A stretch of 64,000 nt of DNA. Source: an uncultured delta proteobacterium (GTDB lineage Bacteria; Myxococcota; Myxococcia; Myxococcales; Anaeromyxobacteraceae). Both the position numbers and the translations under genes were made by a program. Below the pieces are notes generated by a model. It had not been told where the DNA came from and made no database searches. It saw nothing but the letters and a program-made list of their open reading frames with translations. Shown piece after piece: positions 1 to 10,437 of this stretch. How positions within the stretch are numbered: the stretch's first letter is position 1; each line of letters opens with the position of its first letter. The stretch covers positions 320,001 through 384,000 of the forward strand of contig CAVYBH010000012.1 in NCBI GenBank assembly GCA_963766715.1. Direction: 5' to 3'.

Positions 1-1
1 C

Positions 2-70
2 CGGTACGGGGCGGTGTCGATGTGCATCGGGGGCGGCATGGGCGCCGCCGCCATCTTCGAGCGGCTGTAG
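2..70 (+). CDS. Acetyl-CoA C-acyltransferase (thiolase), C-terminal fragment cut by the window start
   Basis: Frame 2 reads RYGAVSMCIGGGMGAAAIFERL*, the thiolase C-terminal CIGGGMG catalytic-Cys motif; lies directly upstream of an acyl-CoA dehydrogenase. Confidence 0.85.
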   Translation, partial: RYGAVSMCIGGGMGAAAIFERL

Positions 71-82
71 GAGGAGGGGACC

Positions 83-1861
83 ATGGCGAAGAAGCTCTTC
101 AAGGGGGCGGAGTACCTGATCACCGAGGCCACGGCGGACGACGTCTTCGTTCCCGAGGACTTCACCGAGGAGCAGCGGAGCATCGCGGTGACGGCCGACC
201 AGTTCGTCAAGGCCGAGGTGGTGCCGGCGATGCACGCGCTCGAGTGCCACGACACGGCGCTGGCGGCGAGGCTGATGCGAAAGGCCGGCGACGCCGGGCT
301 CCTCATGATCGACGCGCCGGCCGAGTACGGCGGCCTCGAGCTCGACAAGGTCACCAGCATGCTGGCCGCGGAGAAGATGGCGGCCGGGCAGTCCTTCTCG
401 GTCTCCTACGCGGCGCACTCCGGCATCGGCACGCTGCCGCTCGTGTACTACGGGACCCCGGCGCAGAAGGAGCAGTACCTGGGGAAGATCATCACCGGCG
501 AGTGGAGCGCGGCCTACTGCCTCACCGAGCCCGGCGCGGGCAGCGACGCCATGGGGGGCACCTCCACGGCCACGCTCTCCGAGGACGGAAAGCACTACCT
601 CATCGACGGCACCAAGCAGTTCATCACCAACGGCGGCTTCGCCACGCTCTTCACCGTGTTCGCGAAGATCGACCGCAAGCACTTCACCGCCTTCCTGGTG
701 GAGCGCGACTTCCCCGGCGTGACCGTCGGCCCGGAGGAGAAGAAGCTGGGCATCCAGGGCTCCTCGACCACCTCGGTGATCTTCGAGAGCGCCCGGGTCC
801 CGGTGGAGAACGTGCTCGGCGAGATCGGCAAGGGGCACAAGATCGCCTTCAACGTGCTCAACGTCGGCCGGTTCAAGCTGGGCGCCGCCGTGCTGGGCGC
901 CTCCAAGCACGCGCTGGCCACGGGAGCGGCCTACGCCAACCAGCGCAAGCAGTTCGGGGTGCCCATCTCCAGCTTCGGGGCCATCCAGGAGAAGCTGGCC
1001 GACGGGGTGGCGGACATCTTCGCCTCCGAGTCGCTGGTGTACCGGCTGGCCGGCCTCATCGACGACCGGCTGGCCACCATCCCCCGGGACGCCCCTCGTT
1101 ACTACGAGTCCTACCAGGGCGCCATCGAGGAGTACGCCATCGAGTGCGCCGTCTCCAAGGTGTTCTGCAGCGAGGTCCTGGCCGACGTGGTCGACGACGT
1201 CGTGCAGATCCACGGCGGGTACGGGTTCGTCCAGGAGTACCCGGCCGAGAAGTACTACCGCGACGAGCGCATCAACCGGATCTTCGAGGGGACGAACGAG
1301 ATCAACCGCCTGCTCGTGCCCGGGACCATCCTGCGCCGCGCCCTGAAGGGGGAGATCCCGCTGGAGCGGGAGGCCCGCAAGGCCTTCGAGTCGCTGCTCA
1401 ACCCGACGCTCGACGAGATCGACCCGGCCGTGCCGTACGCGGCCGAGAAGGTCGCCATCGCCAATCTGAAGAAGGTCTTCCTCCTCCTCTCCGGAGCGGC
1501 GGTGAAGCGCTTCGGCGCCGGCCTGAAGGACGAGCAGGAGGTCCTGCTGGCCGCCGCCGACGTCGCCATCCAGGCCTTCGCCATCGAGAGCGCCGTCCTC
1601 CGGGCGGAGCGCATCGGGCCGAGGCTCACGGAGGCGCGACGGGCGCTCGTCCAGGCCGCCGTGAAGGTCCACACCTTCCGCGGGATGGAGAAGGCCGCGT
1701 CGGCCGCCAAGCGGGGCGCCTTCTACGTGGCCGACGGCGACGAGCTCTCCATGCTGCTCGCCGGCGTGCGCCGGTTCACCAAGTACGACGCGTCCGGTCT
1801 CCTCGACGCCAAGCGGCGCATCGCCGCGGCCACCGTCGAGTCGGAGCGATACCCGCTGTAG
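83..1861 (+). CDS. Acyl-CoA dehydrogenase (long, VLCAD/FadE-like)
   Basis: 592 aa; CLTEPGAGSD, GTKQFITNG, RKQFG, QIHGGYGF and IFEGTNEI motifs; [10 protein letters not shown]. Confidence 0.95.
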   Translation: MAKKLFKGAEYLITEATADDVFVPEDFTEEQRSIAVTADQFVKAEVVPAMHALECHDTALAARLMRKAGDAGLLMIDAPAEYGGLELDKVTSMLAAEKMAAGQSFSVSYAAHSGIGTLPLVYYGTPAQKEQYLGKIITGEWSAAYCLTEPGAGSDAMGGTSTATLSEDGKHYLIDGTKQFITNGGFATLFTVFAKIDRKHFTAFLVERDFPGVTVGPEEKKLGIQGSSTTSVIFESARVPVENVLGEIGKGHKIAFNVLNVGRFKLGAAVLGASKHALATGAAYANQRKQFGVPISSFGAIQEKLADGVADIFASESLVYRLAGLIDDRLATIPRDAPRYYESYQGAIEEYAIECAVSKVFCSEVLADVVDDVVQIHGGYGFVQEYPAEKYYRDERINRIFEGTNEINRLLVPGTILRRALKGEIPLEREARKAFESLLNPTLDEIDPAVPYAAEKVAIANLKKVFLLLSGAAVKRFGAGLKDEQEVLLAAADVAIQAFAIESAVLRAERIGPRLTEARRALVQAAVKVHTFRGMEKAASAAKRGAFYVADGDELSMLLAGVRRFTKYDASGLLDAKRRIAAATVESERYPL

Positions 1862-1877
1862 GCCACGGCCTCGCCGT

Positions 1878-2674
1878 TCACCCGGCGGGCGTCTGGCGCG
1901 GGTGCTTGCGCGGAAGGAATCCCGGCGCCGACGGGGGAGGGACGCCGGCAGGGACCACCGGCGTCCCCATCCGCACGGGCGGCGGCGCCAGCAGCTCGGC
2001 CTTGAGCAGCTTGGCGTCCTCCTGGTCAGGGTCTGTCGCCAGGAGCGCGTCGAGCGTGGCGAGGGCCGAGTCCTGGTCCCCCAGGGCCAGCTGGGCCCGG
2101 GCGAGCGACATCCGGGCCGGCTGGATCCCGGGGTGGTCGGCGACGAAGCGGGAGAGGAGGGGAGCCGCCTCCCCGGGCGACTTCCCTCGCACGGCCGCGG
2201 AGACCTCGGCGAAGTCGATCCAGGGGTCGCTCCGTCCGTCCTGCCGGGCCTCGCGCGCCACGGGAGCGAGCTCGCGCGGCGCGGCCGCCCAGGCCGAGGT
2301 AGACGGCGAGCGCCCTCGCCACGGCAGGGATCCCCGGGAAAGGTCCGGACGAGCGGACGGAGCTCGTCGAGCGCCTCCTCCCGGAGCGCGCGGGCCCTGC
2401 GCAAGCCTTCCTCGCCCCCGGGCGAGGCGGCGGAGACCTCCCGGAGCGTCGCCGCCGAGAGGAGCACGGCCAGCGCCCGGTTCGCGGCGGCGGCCCGATG
2501 GGCGGGATCGGACAGGAGCGGCTCGGGGACCAGCGCGATGGCCTGCGCCAGCCGGATCGCGTCGCCTCGGGCGGCGAGCGCCAGGACCTCGCTGGCCAGC
2601 GAGCTGGCCCGAGGGTCCTCGACGCTGCCTGAGGAGGAGAGGAGCAGGGCCCCGAGTGCGAGCACGACCGTCAC
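1878..2674 (-). CDS. Putative secreted TPR-like helical protein (2 apparent frameshifts, ~2330 and ~2280)
   Basis: GTG 2674 gives hydrophobic N-terminus MTVVLALGALLL; three frames join to a C-terminal TPR-like ARMSLARAQLALGDQDSALATLDALLATDP; promoter-like sequence upstream. Confidence 0.55.
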
Positions 2675-2680
2675 CGCCGA

Positions 2681-2710
2681 TGGCTAAGGCCGGGGCGACG
2701 GGCCTGTCAA
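2681..2710 (-). promoter_or_regulatory. Sigma70-type promoter for the TPR-like gene (probably leaderless)
   Basis: TTGACA (2710-2705), 18-nt spacer, TAGCCA (2686-2681), then 6 nt to GTG. Confidence 0.5.
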
Positions 2711-2859
2711 GCGCGAGAAGCTCTCGTTCGGGTTCACCCTTGTGGGCGAACCATGAACCCGGGGTGTCCGTAACCCGGCCTTCGCGGGTCCTATCGGCAG
2801 GGGGTCGCTCGTCCCATCATCGGGGTCGGGACGGGTGAGCACTCGACCCGGGGAGGGGA

Positions 2860-3762
2860 ATGAGGGGGCCAGGTACCTGACCGCGCTGCTCTGCGCTGCG
2901 GTCGTCGCCGCGCCCGGCCGAGGGCTGCCCGCCGACCCGAAGGGCGGGGATCTCGAGGAGATCCGGGCCCGCGGTGTGCTTCGTCACCTGGGCGTTCCGT
3001 ATGCCCGGTTCGTCTCCGGGAGCGAGGGAGGGCTCGACGTCGACCTCGTCCGGGCCTTCGCCGCGCATCTCGGCGTGCGATACGAGTTCGTCGAGACGGA
3101 GTGGACCGCAGCGCTCGGCGACCTGACCGGACGGCGGGTTTCCGCCAGGGAGAGCGATCCGGCGCGCGCCAGGAAGACCCCGATCCGGGGGGACATCCTC
3201 GCCACCGGGCTCACGGTCCTTCCGTGGCGGATCCGGGCCGTGGACTTCTCCGCGCCCGATCTTCCCCACCCAGGTCTGGATCGTCGCCCTTCCGGATTCG
3301 CCGGTCCGCCCCATCGTCCCTCGAGGAGACGTGTCCGCCGACATCTCCGAGGTCCGGCGTCGCCTGGCCGGCCGCCGGGTCATCGGCGTTCCCAACACCT
3401 GTCTCGATCCGGGACTCTACGGAATCGAGTCCGCCGGCGCCGTCGCGGTGCGGCTCGACACGTCCCGGCTCGACGAGGTGGCGCCCGCGCTGCTGGCGGG
3501 GCAGGGCGACCTGGCGCTGCTCGACGTCGCCGATGCCGTGCTCGCGTTCGAGAAGTGGCCGGGCCGGTTCAAGGTCATCGGCCCGGTCAGCCCGATCCAG
3601 GACATGGCCGCCGCCTTCCGGAAGGACTCGCCGCGACTGCGCGCGGCCTTCGACGCGTTCCTGGCAGGCGCCATCCGGGACGGCACCTACGATCGCCTGG
3701 TGGCGACCCACTTCCCGCGCGCCCCGGAGCTGTTCCCGGCCTTCTTCGGGGCGAGGCGATGA
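2860..3762 (+). CDS. Periplasmic solute-binding protein, family 3 (PBPb); frameshifts ~2865 and ~3256
   Basis: Signal-like N-terminus, DLEEIRARGVLR, GLDVDLVRAFA, VDFSAP|IFPTQVW, FRKDSPRLRAAFDAFL; SD before ATG 2860 (alternative start GTG 2835). Confidence 0.8.
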
Positions 3763-6423
3763 GCCCGAACCGGGCCAGCCCGTCGGGGCGCTGGCGATCG
3801 GTGGACACGCGGGGGCCGCTCCGCAGGGCGGCCGCCTTCCTGGTCGCGGGGGCGGTCCTCTCCGCGCTGGTGGGCTGGCTCCTGGTGGAGAACTACCGTG
3901 CCTCGGCCGCGCGGCGCGCCGACGTCCTCCGGCAGCACGCCGCCAGGCTCCACTTCCAGTCGCAGGCGATGGGGCACGCCCTCGACACCGCCGAGCGGGC
4001 GCTCCGGCAGGCCGGCGACTCCGCCGAGGTGTCGGGCTTCCTCGAGAGCCTCGACCTGGGCATGAGCGAGGAGTACGGGCTCGCCCTGGCGCGCGGCGCG
4101 GCCCAGGACCGGATCGAGATCCTCGTGCGGCCGCTCCGGGACGACGGGGAGGCGGGCTTCGAGCGGGTGGTCGCTGCTCGACGAGCGGGGACGGGAGCTG
4201 GCGACGGCGGCGAGGAGCGGCGAGCGCCGCGCCGTCGACTGGACCTCCGTGGTCGGCGAGCGGGACGGGCTGTCCCTCTCCCCGGACGGGACCCACCTCG
4301 TCGCGGTCCAGTCGCTGCGACGGAACCAGGCGAACGCCGGGTTCCTGGTGGGCTGGCTGGACGGTCGTGCACAGGCGCGCGCGCTCGCCGGCGACCCGCG
4401 CGACGACACCGGCGCGATGCAGGCTCACCTCGTCGACGAGGCGGGGGTCGCCTTCCGGCCGGAGGGCGCGCCGGAGGGACTGGGCCTTCCCCGCGGCGCC
4501 CACGCCGTCCCCGACGACGGGCGGATGGTGGAGCTCGTCGACCCTTCGATCCGGTCGGGGCGCCCGACGCTCGTCTCGCGCATCCGCGTGCCCGCGCGAC
4601 CGCTCTTCCTGGTCCACGTCGTGGAGGCCGGAGACCTCTTCCGGGCCGTCCCGTCCGAGTCGGCCGCCGCCTACCTGGCGGCCGGAGCGGCGCTCGTCCT
4701 CGGCGCGGTGGGGCTGGCCGTCTTCCTCAACGTGCGGTCCCTCGTCCGGCGCACGCGGCAGGAGGAGTCGAGCGCCCGGGAGCGGGAGCTGGGAGAGAAG
4801 GACGAGGCCCTGGAGCGGGAGGCCGCCGAGCGGCAGCGCGTCGAGCGATCCCGGGCGGTGCTCGCGAACGCGCTCGAGCAGAGCGCCGACGCGGTGGCGA
4901 TCACCGACATCGTCCTCCGGATCGAGCACGTCAATCCGGCCTTCGAGCGAGCTCACCGGTCGCCCGGCGAAGGAGCTCCTCGGGACGGGCGTCCTCGACG
5001 CGCTGGCCCCCGGGGAGACCGGGAGCCCGGACGCGCAGCCGCTCGTGACGTCGCTCGGGCGCGGGGAGGGCTGGCGCGGGGCGCTGCGAGGGGCGCGGCG
5101 GGACGGAACGCCCTACGACGTCAAGGTGTCCGCGACCCCGGTCCGGGACGGCTCCGGCGCGGTGACGAACCACGTGTTCTCGGCGCGCGACGTCACCGAG
5201 GAGAAGCGGGAGCGGGAGACTCCGACGCCACGCCCAGCGGCTGGAGGCCATCGGGACGCTCGCCGGCGGCGTGGCCCACGACTTCAACAACATCCTCACC
5301 GCGATCAACGGCTACGCGGCGCTGGCCGCCGACGCCGTGCCTCCCGACGACCCGGTCCGGGAGGACCTGGAGGAGATCCGGCTGGCCGGCGCGCGGGCCG
5401 CCGACCTGACGCGCCAGCTGCTCGCCTTCGGGCGGCGGCAGGTGCTGCAGTCGGAGTCGATCGACCTGAACGGTGCGGTGGCCGGGATCCAGAAGATGCT
5501 CGGCCGCCTCGATCGGGGAGGACATCGACCTCGTCACGGACCTCCAGCCGGACGCCTGGAGGATCCGCGGCGATCGCGGCCAGATCGAGCAGGTGCTCGT
5601 CAACCTGGCCGTGAACTCCCGGGACGCCATGCCCGGCGGAGGGCGGCTCTCCATCTCCACGGCCAACGTCACGGTCAGCGAGACGGAGGCGAGGCGCTTC
5701 CCGGAGGGGCTGCCGGGCGCGTTCGTCCGGCTGCGGGTGTCCGATACGGGCGTGGGAATGGGCCCCGAGGTGCTCGCCAGGGTCTTCGAGCCCTTCTACA
5801 CCACCAAGGACCAGGGGAAGGGGACGGGGCTCGGCCTGTCCACGGTCTACGGGATCGTCCGCCAGAGCCAGGGTTTCGTCGGCGTGGCCAGCGCCCCCGG
5901 GGCCGGAGCCACCTTCGACGTGTTCCTTCCCCGCGATCCGAAGCCCCCCGGAGTCGAGGCCGCGCCGCGCGCGAGGGCGTCGGGAGCACGAGGCAGCGGG
6001 CAGGTGATCCTGGTCGCCGAGGACGAGGAGCAGGTGCGATCGCTCGTCGTGGCCCAGCTCGCGTCCCGGGGGTTCGCGGTGCTCTCCGCGGCCGACGGGA
6101 GGGAGGCCCTCCGGATCTCGGAGCAGCGCCGCGAGCGCATCGACGTGCTCCTCGCCGACGTGGTGATGCCCCGCATCTCCGGGCCGGAGCTGGCGCAGAT
6201 GATGGTCCGCAAGCACCCGGAGACCGCCGTGGTGTTCATGTCCGGGTACGCCGAGGAGGCGGTGCTCCGGGTGGGCCGCCTCGGTACCGGGGCCTCCTTC
6301 ATCGCCAAGCCCTTCGACGTCGAGGACCTCTGCGAGCTGCTCCGGAGCGTCCTCGAGAAGCCCGGGGAGGCCCCCGGCCCCCCCGAGGAAGACGTTTCTT
6401 GCCCTCCTCGTCACCCCAGGTAA
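3759..6423 (+). CDS. Membrane hybrid sensor histidine kinase (2 TM, PAS, HisKA, HATPase, REC); ~4 frameshifts
   Basis: ATGA overlap with the SBP stop; AGGVAHDFNNILT H-box, NLAVNSRDAM, DTGVGM, FYTTK..GTGLGL, REC with DVLLADVVMP and KPF. Confidence 0.85.
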
Positions 6424-6433
6424 AAGGAAGGTC

Positions 6434-6622
6434 ATGTCCGATCACTCCGACAAGCGAAAGCAGTCGCTGTACTTCCCCGACGAGATGCTTCGCGAGATCG
6501 AGCGCGAGGCGCAGCGTCTCGACCGGTCCCTGTCCTGGATCGTCCAGCAGGCCTGGAAGCACGGACGGGCCCAGATGGCGCGGATCCCCGGCGTGAACGA
6601 CCCGCAGCCGCCCGGGGTCTAG
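6434..6622 (+). CDS. Small ribbon-helix-helix-like protein, myxobacterial TIGR04563 (MXAN_4361/4362-like) family
   Basis: DKRKQSLYFPDEMLREIEREAQRLDRSLSWIVQQAW matches the recalled family pattern; SD AAGGAAGG. Confidence 0.8.
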   Translation: MSDHSDKRKQSLYFPDEMLREIEREAQRLDRSLSWIVQQAWKHGRAQMARIPGVNDPQPPGV

Positions 6623-6758
6623 ACCGTCCGGTCCGAGCCGCTGTCGCCCTGCATTTTTTGGGTGTTTGCGCCGGGTTCCGATTAGAACAGCCCTCCTCGA
6701 GGCGGCTCCGTCGCCTCCCCGGGACCCGTTCGTCCCGTGCCCGACCCGAGGAAGGTGA

Positions 6759-7382
6759 ATGGCCAAGAAGGATCGATGGAACCACGCGGCGAGCCGGCTT
6801 CTCGCCGGCGCGCTGCTCCTGGCGCTGGCCGCCTGCGGCCGCGACGAGGTCTCCCACTACCGCGTGCCGAAGCAGGCGGGCGGTCCCTCCGGCCCGTCCG
6901 TTCCCGGAGGGGACATGGCGGGCATGGCCGGCGCCGTGCCGCCGCCTCCGGACGCCTCGACGACGGGCCAGCTGCAGTGGGCCCTGCCGAAGGGCTGGAC
7001 CGAGAGCCGGGCGGGCGGGATGCGCTACGCGACGCTCAAGCCGACGGCCCCCGGGAAGATCGACGTGTCCGTCACCGTGTTTCCCGGCCCCGCCGGCGGC
7101 GAGGTGGCCAACGTGAACCGCTGGCGCAACCAGATTGGCCTGCCGCCCGTGGACGAGGCGGCGCTCGCCCGGGACCGCAAGACGCTCAAGTCGCCCGCGG
7201 GGAACGTGGCAGTGTTCGATTACACCAGCGAGGGCGAGACCAAGACGCGCCTGGTGGCCGCCATCCTCTTCGCCGGGGGAAATAGCTGGTTCGTGAAGAT
7301 GGTTGGAGATGCGGGCCCCGTGGCCGCTTCCCGGCCCGAGTTCGTCCGCCTCCTGGAGAGCCTGCGCCTTGCTAAGCCCTAA
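6759..7382 (+). CDS. Uncharacterised lipoprotein upstream of cytochrome c maturation genes
   Basis: Lipobox LALAAC; WALPKGW, GGMRYAT and ANVNRWRNQIGL motifs; SD GAGGAAGG. Confidence 0.75.
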   Translation: MAKKDRWNHAASRLLAGALLLALAACGRDEVSHYRVPKQAGGPSGPSVPGGDMAGMAGAVPPPPDASTTGQLQWALPKGWTESRAGGMRYATLKPTAPGKIDVSVTVFPGPAGGEVANVNRWRNQIGLPPVDEAALARDRKTLKSPAGNVAVFDYTSEGETKTRLVAAILFAGGNSWFVKMVGDAGPVAASRPEFVRLLESLRLAKP

Positions 7383-8544
7383 GAGTCCCGTCATGCAGGT
7401 GCTGACGTCCCTCCAGCTGACGATCGTCTGCCTGGCGTCGCTCATGGTGCTCGTCACCGCCGCCACGCTGGCGCAGGTGGAGCTGGGCACGGTCGGCGCC
7501 GTGAACATCTACATGCGCTCCTTCCTGGTGTGGTGGAACATCCCCAACTCCCAGTGGATGATCCCCATCTTCCCGGGCGGCGCCCTGGTCGGCCTCGTGC
7601 TGATCGTGAACCTCATCGCCGCCCAGGCCATCCGGCTCCAGTTCACCTGGAGCAAGGCCGGCCTCTGGATCGTCCACCTCGGGCTGATCCTCTTCGTGGG
7701 CGGCGAGTTCATCTCCGGCTCGATGCAGGTCGAGTCGCAGATGGCCATCGAGAACGGCCAGACCGTCAACTTCATCGAGGGGCGCGACGCCGAGCTCGCC
7801 CTCATCGACGTGACCGATCCGGCCCACGACGAGGTCTACTCCGTCTCGGCCCGGGCGCTGAGGCGCGAGGGCACCGTCTCCATCCCCGGCACGCCCGTCA
7901 CGCTCAAGATCCACGACTTCGCCCAGAACGCGCAGCTCCGGAACCGCGCGCCGACCGATCCGCCCGCCCTCGCCACGGCAGGCGTCGGGACGGCCGTGAC
8001 GATGGTGAAGCTTCCTCCCGTGTCGGCGGACAACGACGTCGACGCGAGCGCGGCCCTGGTGGAGCCCATCGCCGGCGGGCGGAGCTACGGGATCTGGCTC
8101 GCGTCCCAGGCGCTCGGCGCGCCGCAGTCCTTCACGCACGAGGGGCGCACCTACCAGATCTCCATGCGCCACCGGCGCCAGTACCTGCCCTACGCCGTCA
8201 CCCTGAAGAAGTTCAGCCACGACAAGTACGCGGGCACCGAGATCCCCAAGAACTTCTCCAGCCTGATCCACCTGTCGAACCCGACCACGCGCGAGGAGCG
8301 CGACGTCCTCATCTACATGAACCAGCCGATGCGCTACGACGGCAAGGCCTTCTACCAGGCCAGCTTCGGCAAGGGGGACACCCTCTCCATCCTGCAGGTG
8401 GTGGAGAACCCGGGCTGGCTCCTGCCCTACATCTCGTGCGTGCTGGTCTCGCTGGGGTTGATCATCCACTTCACCGTGAGCCTGCGAAAGTCGTCCAAGA
8501 AGCGAGAGGCGGCGCGGCTGGCCCAGTCCGCGCAGGAGGCGTGA
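7369..8544 (+). CDS. Cytochrome c biogenesis protein ResB/CcsB-like
   Basis: N-terminal TM helices with HLG, large periplasmic domain, PKNFSS, IYMNQPMRYDG..FYQASF, C-terminal TM; start TTG 7369 or ATG 7393. Confidence 0.8.
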   Translation: MLSPKSPVMQVLTSLQLTIVCLASLMVLVTAATLAQVELGTVGAVNIYMRSFLVWWNIPNSQWMIPIFPGGALVGLVLIVNLIAAQAIRLQFTWSKAGLWIVHLGLILFVGGEFISGSMQVESQMAIENGQTVNFIEGRDAELALIDVTDPAHDEVYSVSARALRREGTVSIPGTPVTLKIHDFAQNAQLRNRAPTDPPALATAGVGTAVTMVKLPPVSADNDVDASAALVEPIAGGRSYGIWLASQALGAPQSFTHEGRTYQISMRHRRQYLPYAVTLKKFSHDKYAGTEIPKNFSSLIHLSNPTTREERDVLIYMNQPMRYDGKAFYQASFGKGDTLSILQVVENPGWLLPYISCVLVSLGLIIHFTVSLRKSSKKREAARLAQSAQEA

Positions 8545-8545
8545 G

Positions 8546-10336
8546 ATGAAGAACATCGGCAAGTACGCGGCGTGGATCGCGGGGGGCCTGGCGCTCGTGG
8601 GAGCGCTCACGATGATCCGCGCGCCCGGACAGGTTCGCGGCCTCGACATCGACGGGTTCGCCCGGCTCCCGGTGCTGGAGGGCGGGCGGCTGAAGCCGCT
8701 CGACTCCACCGCGCGCAACGCCCTGCTGGTCGTCCGCGGGCAGCAGAGCTTCCGGTACCAGGACCGCACCGTGGGCCCGGACGAGTGGATCCTCGACGTG
8801 CTCTTCCGTCCCCAGGTGGCCGACCTCCAGCCCATCTTCGTGATCGACGACCCCGACGTGCTCGGGCTCATGAACATGAAGCTGCAGAAGGACCGCTACT
8901 ACTCCTTCCGGCAGATCGCCCCGTTCATCAACGACATCCAGCGGGAGGCCCAGGCGGCCCACGCCGTCGACGCCAAGCAGCGCACCCAGTACCAGAGCGC
9001 GGTCGCCAACCTCTTCGAGCGCGTCTACCTGTACCACCGGCTCAAGAACACCATCCAGATGGAGCAGACGCCCGGGCTCGCCGCCGAGATCCAGGCGCTG
9101 GGCGCCCCCGGCGCGGCGCAGCGCCAGGCCGCCATGGCCGACCTCGCCTACTTCCGGCCCCTGCCGCCGCTGCCGGGCCAGAAGGCGGAGGCCTGGCTGA
9201 GCGCCGGTGAGGCGCTGCAGGCCGCGTCGATGGGCAAGGTCAACCCGGCCCTGGAGCCGATGGCGCGGCTGGGCTGGGCCTACTCGGTCCAGGACGCCTC
9301 CGCCTTCAACAAGGCCGTGAAGGACCTCCAGGTCACCACCTTCGCCGTTCGCCCCGAGGCCCAGGTCCAGGTCGATCACGAGACCACCTTCAACCGCGCC
9401 CAGCCCTTCTACGTGGGCATGGTGATCTACGTGCTCGCGCTGCTGGCCGTCTTCGGATCCTGGGCGTGGAAGCCGCAAATCCTCCGCCCGGCCGCCTTCG
9501 GCCTGCTCTGCGCCGGCGCCATCGTCCAGACGGCGGGGCTCGTCTCGCGCATCGTCCTGCAGGGGCGCCCGCCGGTGACCAACCTCTACTCGTCGGCCGT
9601 CTTCGTCGGCTGGGGCGCGGTGCTGCTCGGCATCGTGCTGGAGCGCATGTACCGCAACGGCTTCGGCACCGCCGTGGCCGCGTCCTCCGGCTTCGCGTCG
9701 CTTCTCGTGGCCCACCACCTGACAGGCGACGGCGACACCATGGAGATGATGCGGGCCGTGCTCGACTCCAACTTCTGGCTCGCGACCCACGTCACCACCA
9801 TCACCATCGGATACAGCGGCACCTTCCTGGCCGGCGCCATCGCCATCGCCTGGACGCTGCGCAAGCAGTTCGCCCCGCGCATCAACCCGGAGACCTCGAA
9901 GTCCCTCTCCGGGATGGTCTACGGCATCGTCGCCTTCTCCCTCTTCTTCAGCTTCGTGGGCACGGTCCTCGGCGGGATCTGGGCCGACCAGTCCTGGGGA
10001 CGGTTCTGGGGCTGGGACCCGAAGGAGAACGGGGCGCTGCTCATCGTCCTCTGGAACGCCATCATCCTGCACGCTCGCTGGGGCGGGTTCGCCCGGGAGC
10101 GCGGCATCATGACCATGGCCATCTTCGGCAACGTCATCACGAGCCTCTCCTGGTTCGGGGTGAACATGCTGGGCGTGGGGCTCCACTCCTACGGCTTCAT
10201 GGACAAGGCGTTCTGGGCGCTCTCCGCCTTCATCGCCACCCAGTTCGTGCTCATGGGGCTCGCCATGCTCCCCCGCCGGTTCTGGAAGGGGAAGGCGGCC
10301 CGCGACGAGGGCGCGACCCAGCCCGCCAAGGCCTGA
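8546..10336 (+). CDS. ccsA: Cytochrome c biogenesis protein CcsA (System II heme lyase)
   Basis: WWD domain [23 protein letters not shown] and GLHSYG conserved His motifs. Confidence 0.92.
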   Translation: MKNIGKYAAWIAGGLALVGALTMIRAPGQVRGLDIDGFARLPVLEGGRLKPLDSTARNALLVVRGQQSFRYQDRTVGPDEWILDVLFRPQVADLQPIFVIDDPDVLGLMNMKLQKDRYYSFRQIAPFINDIQREAQAAHAVDAKQRTQYQSAVANLFERVYLYHRLKNTIQMEQTPGLAAEIQALGAPGAAQRQAAMADLAYFRPLPPLPGQKAEAWLSAGEALQAASMGKVNPALEPMARLGWAYSVQDASAFNKAVKDLQVTTFAVRPEAQVQVDHETTFNRAQPFYVGMVIYVLALLAVFGSWAWKPQILRPAAFGLLCAGAIVQTAGLVSRIVLQGRPPVTNLYSSAVFVGWGAVLLGIVLERMYRNGFGTAVAASSGFASLLVAHHLTGDGDTMEMMRAVLDSNFWLATHVTTITIGYSGTFLAGAIAIAWTLRKQFAPRINPETSKSLSGMVYGIVAFSLFFSFVGTVLGGIWADQSWGRFWGWDPKENGALLIVLWNAIILHARWGGFARERGIMTMAIFGNVITSLSWFGVNMLGVGLHSYGFMDKAFWALSAFIATQFVLMGLAMLPRRFWKGKAARDEGATQPAKA

Positions 10337-10437
10337 TACAACTGCCGCCCCCAGGGCGGCCCATCCAGCGACCCCGCCCGGCACGTGCCCGGCGGGGTCG
10401 TTCGTTCGAGCGGCCGCTCGACGGCAGGAAAAGGACC

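Noticed and set aside
9466..10437. Apparent long N-terminal extensions or fusions on prfC (also leuD, leuB, aguB, ribA, renalase-like gene)
   Set aside because: Off-frame read-through of upstream genes; the true starts follow an SD, a promoter-like hexamer or a neighbouring stop codon
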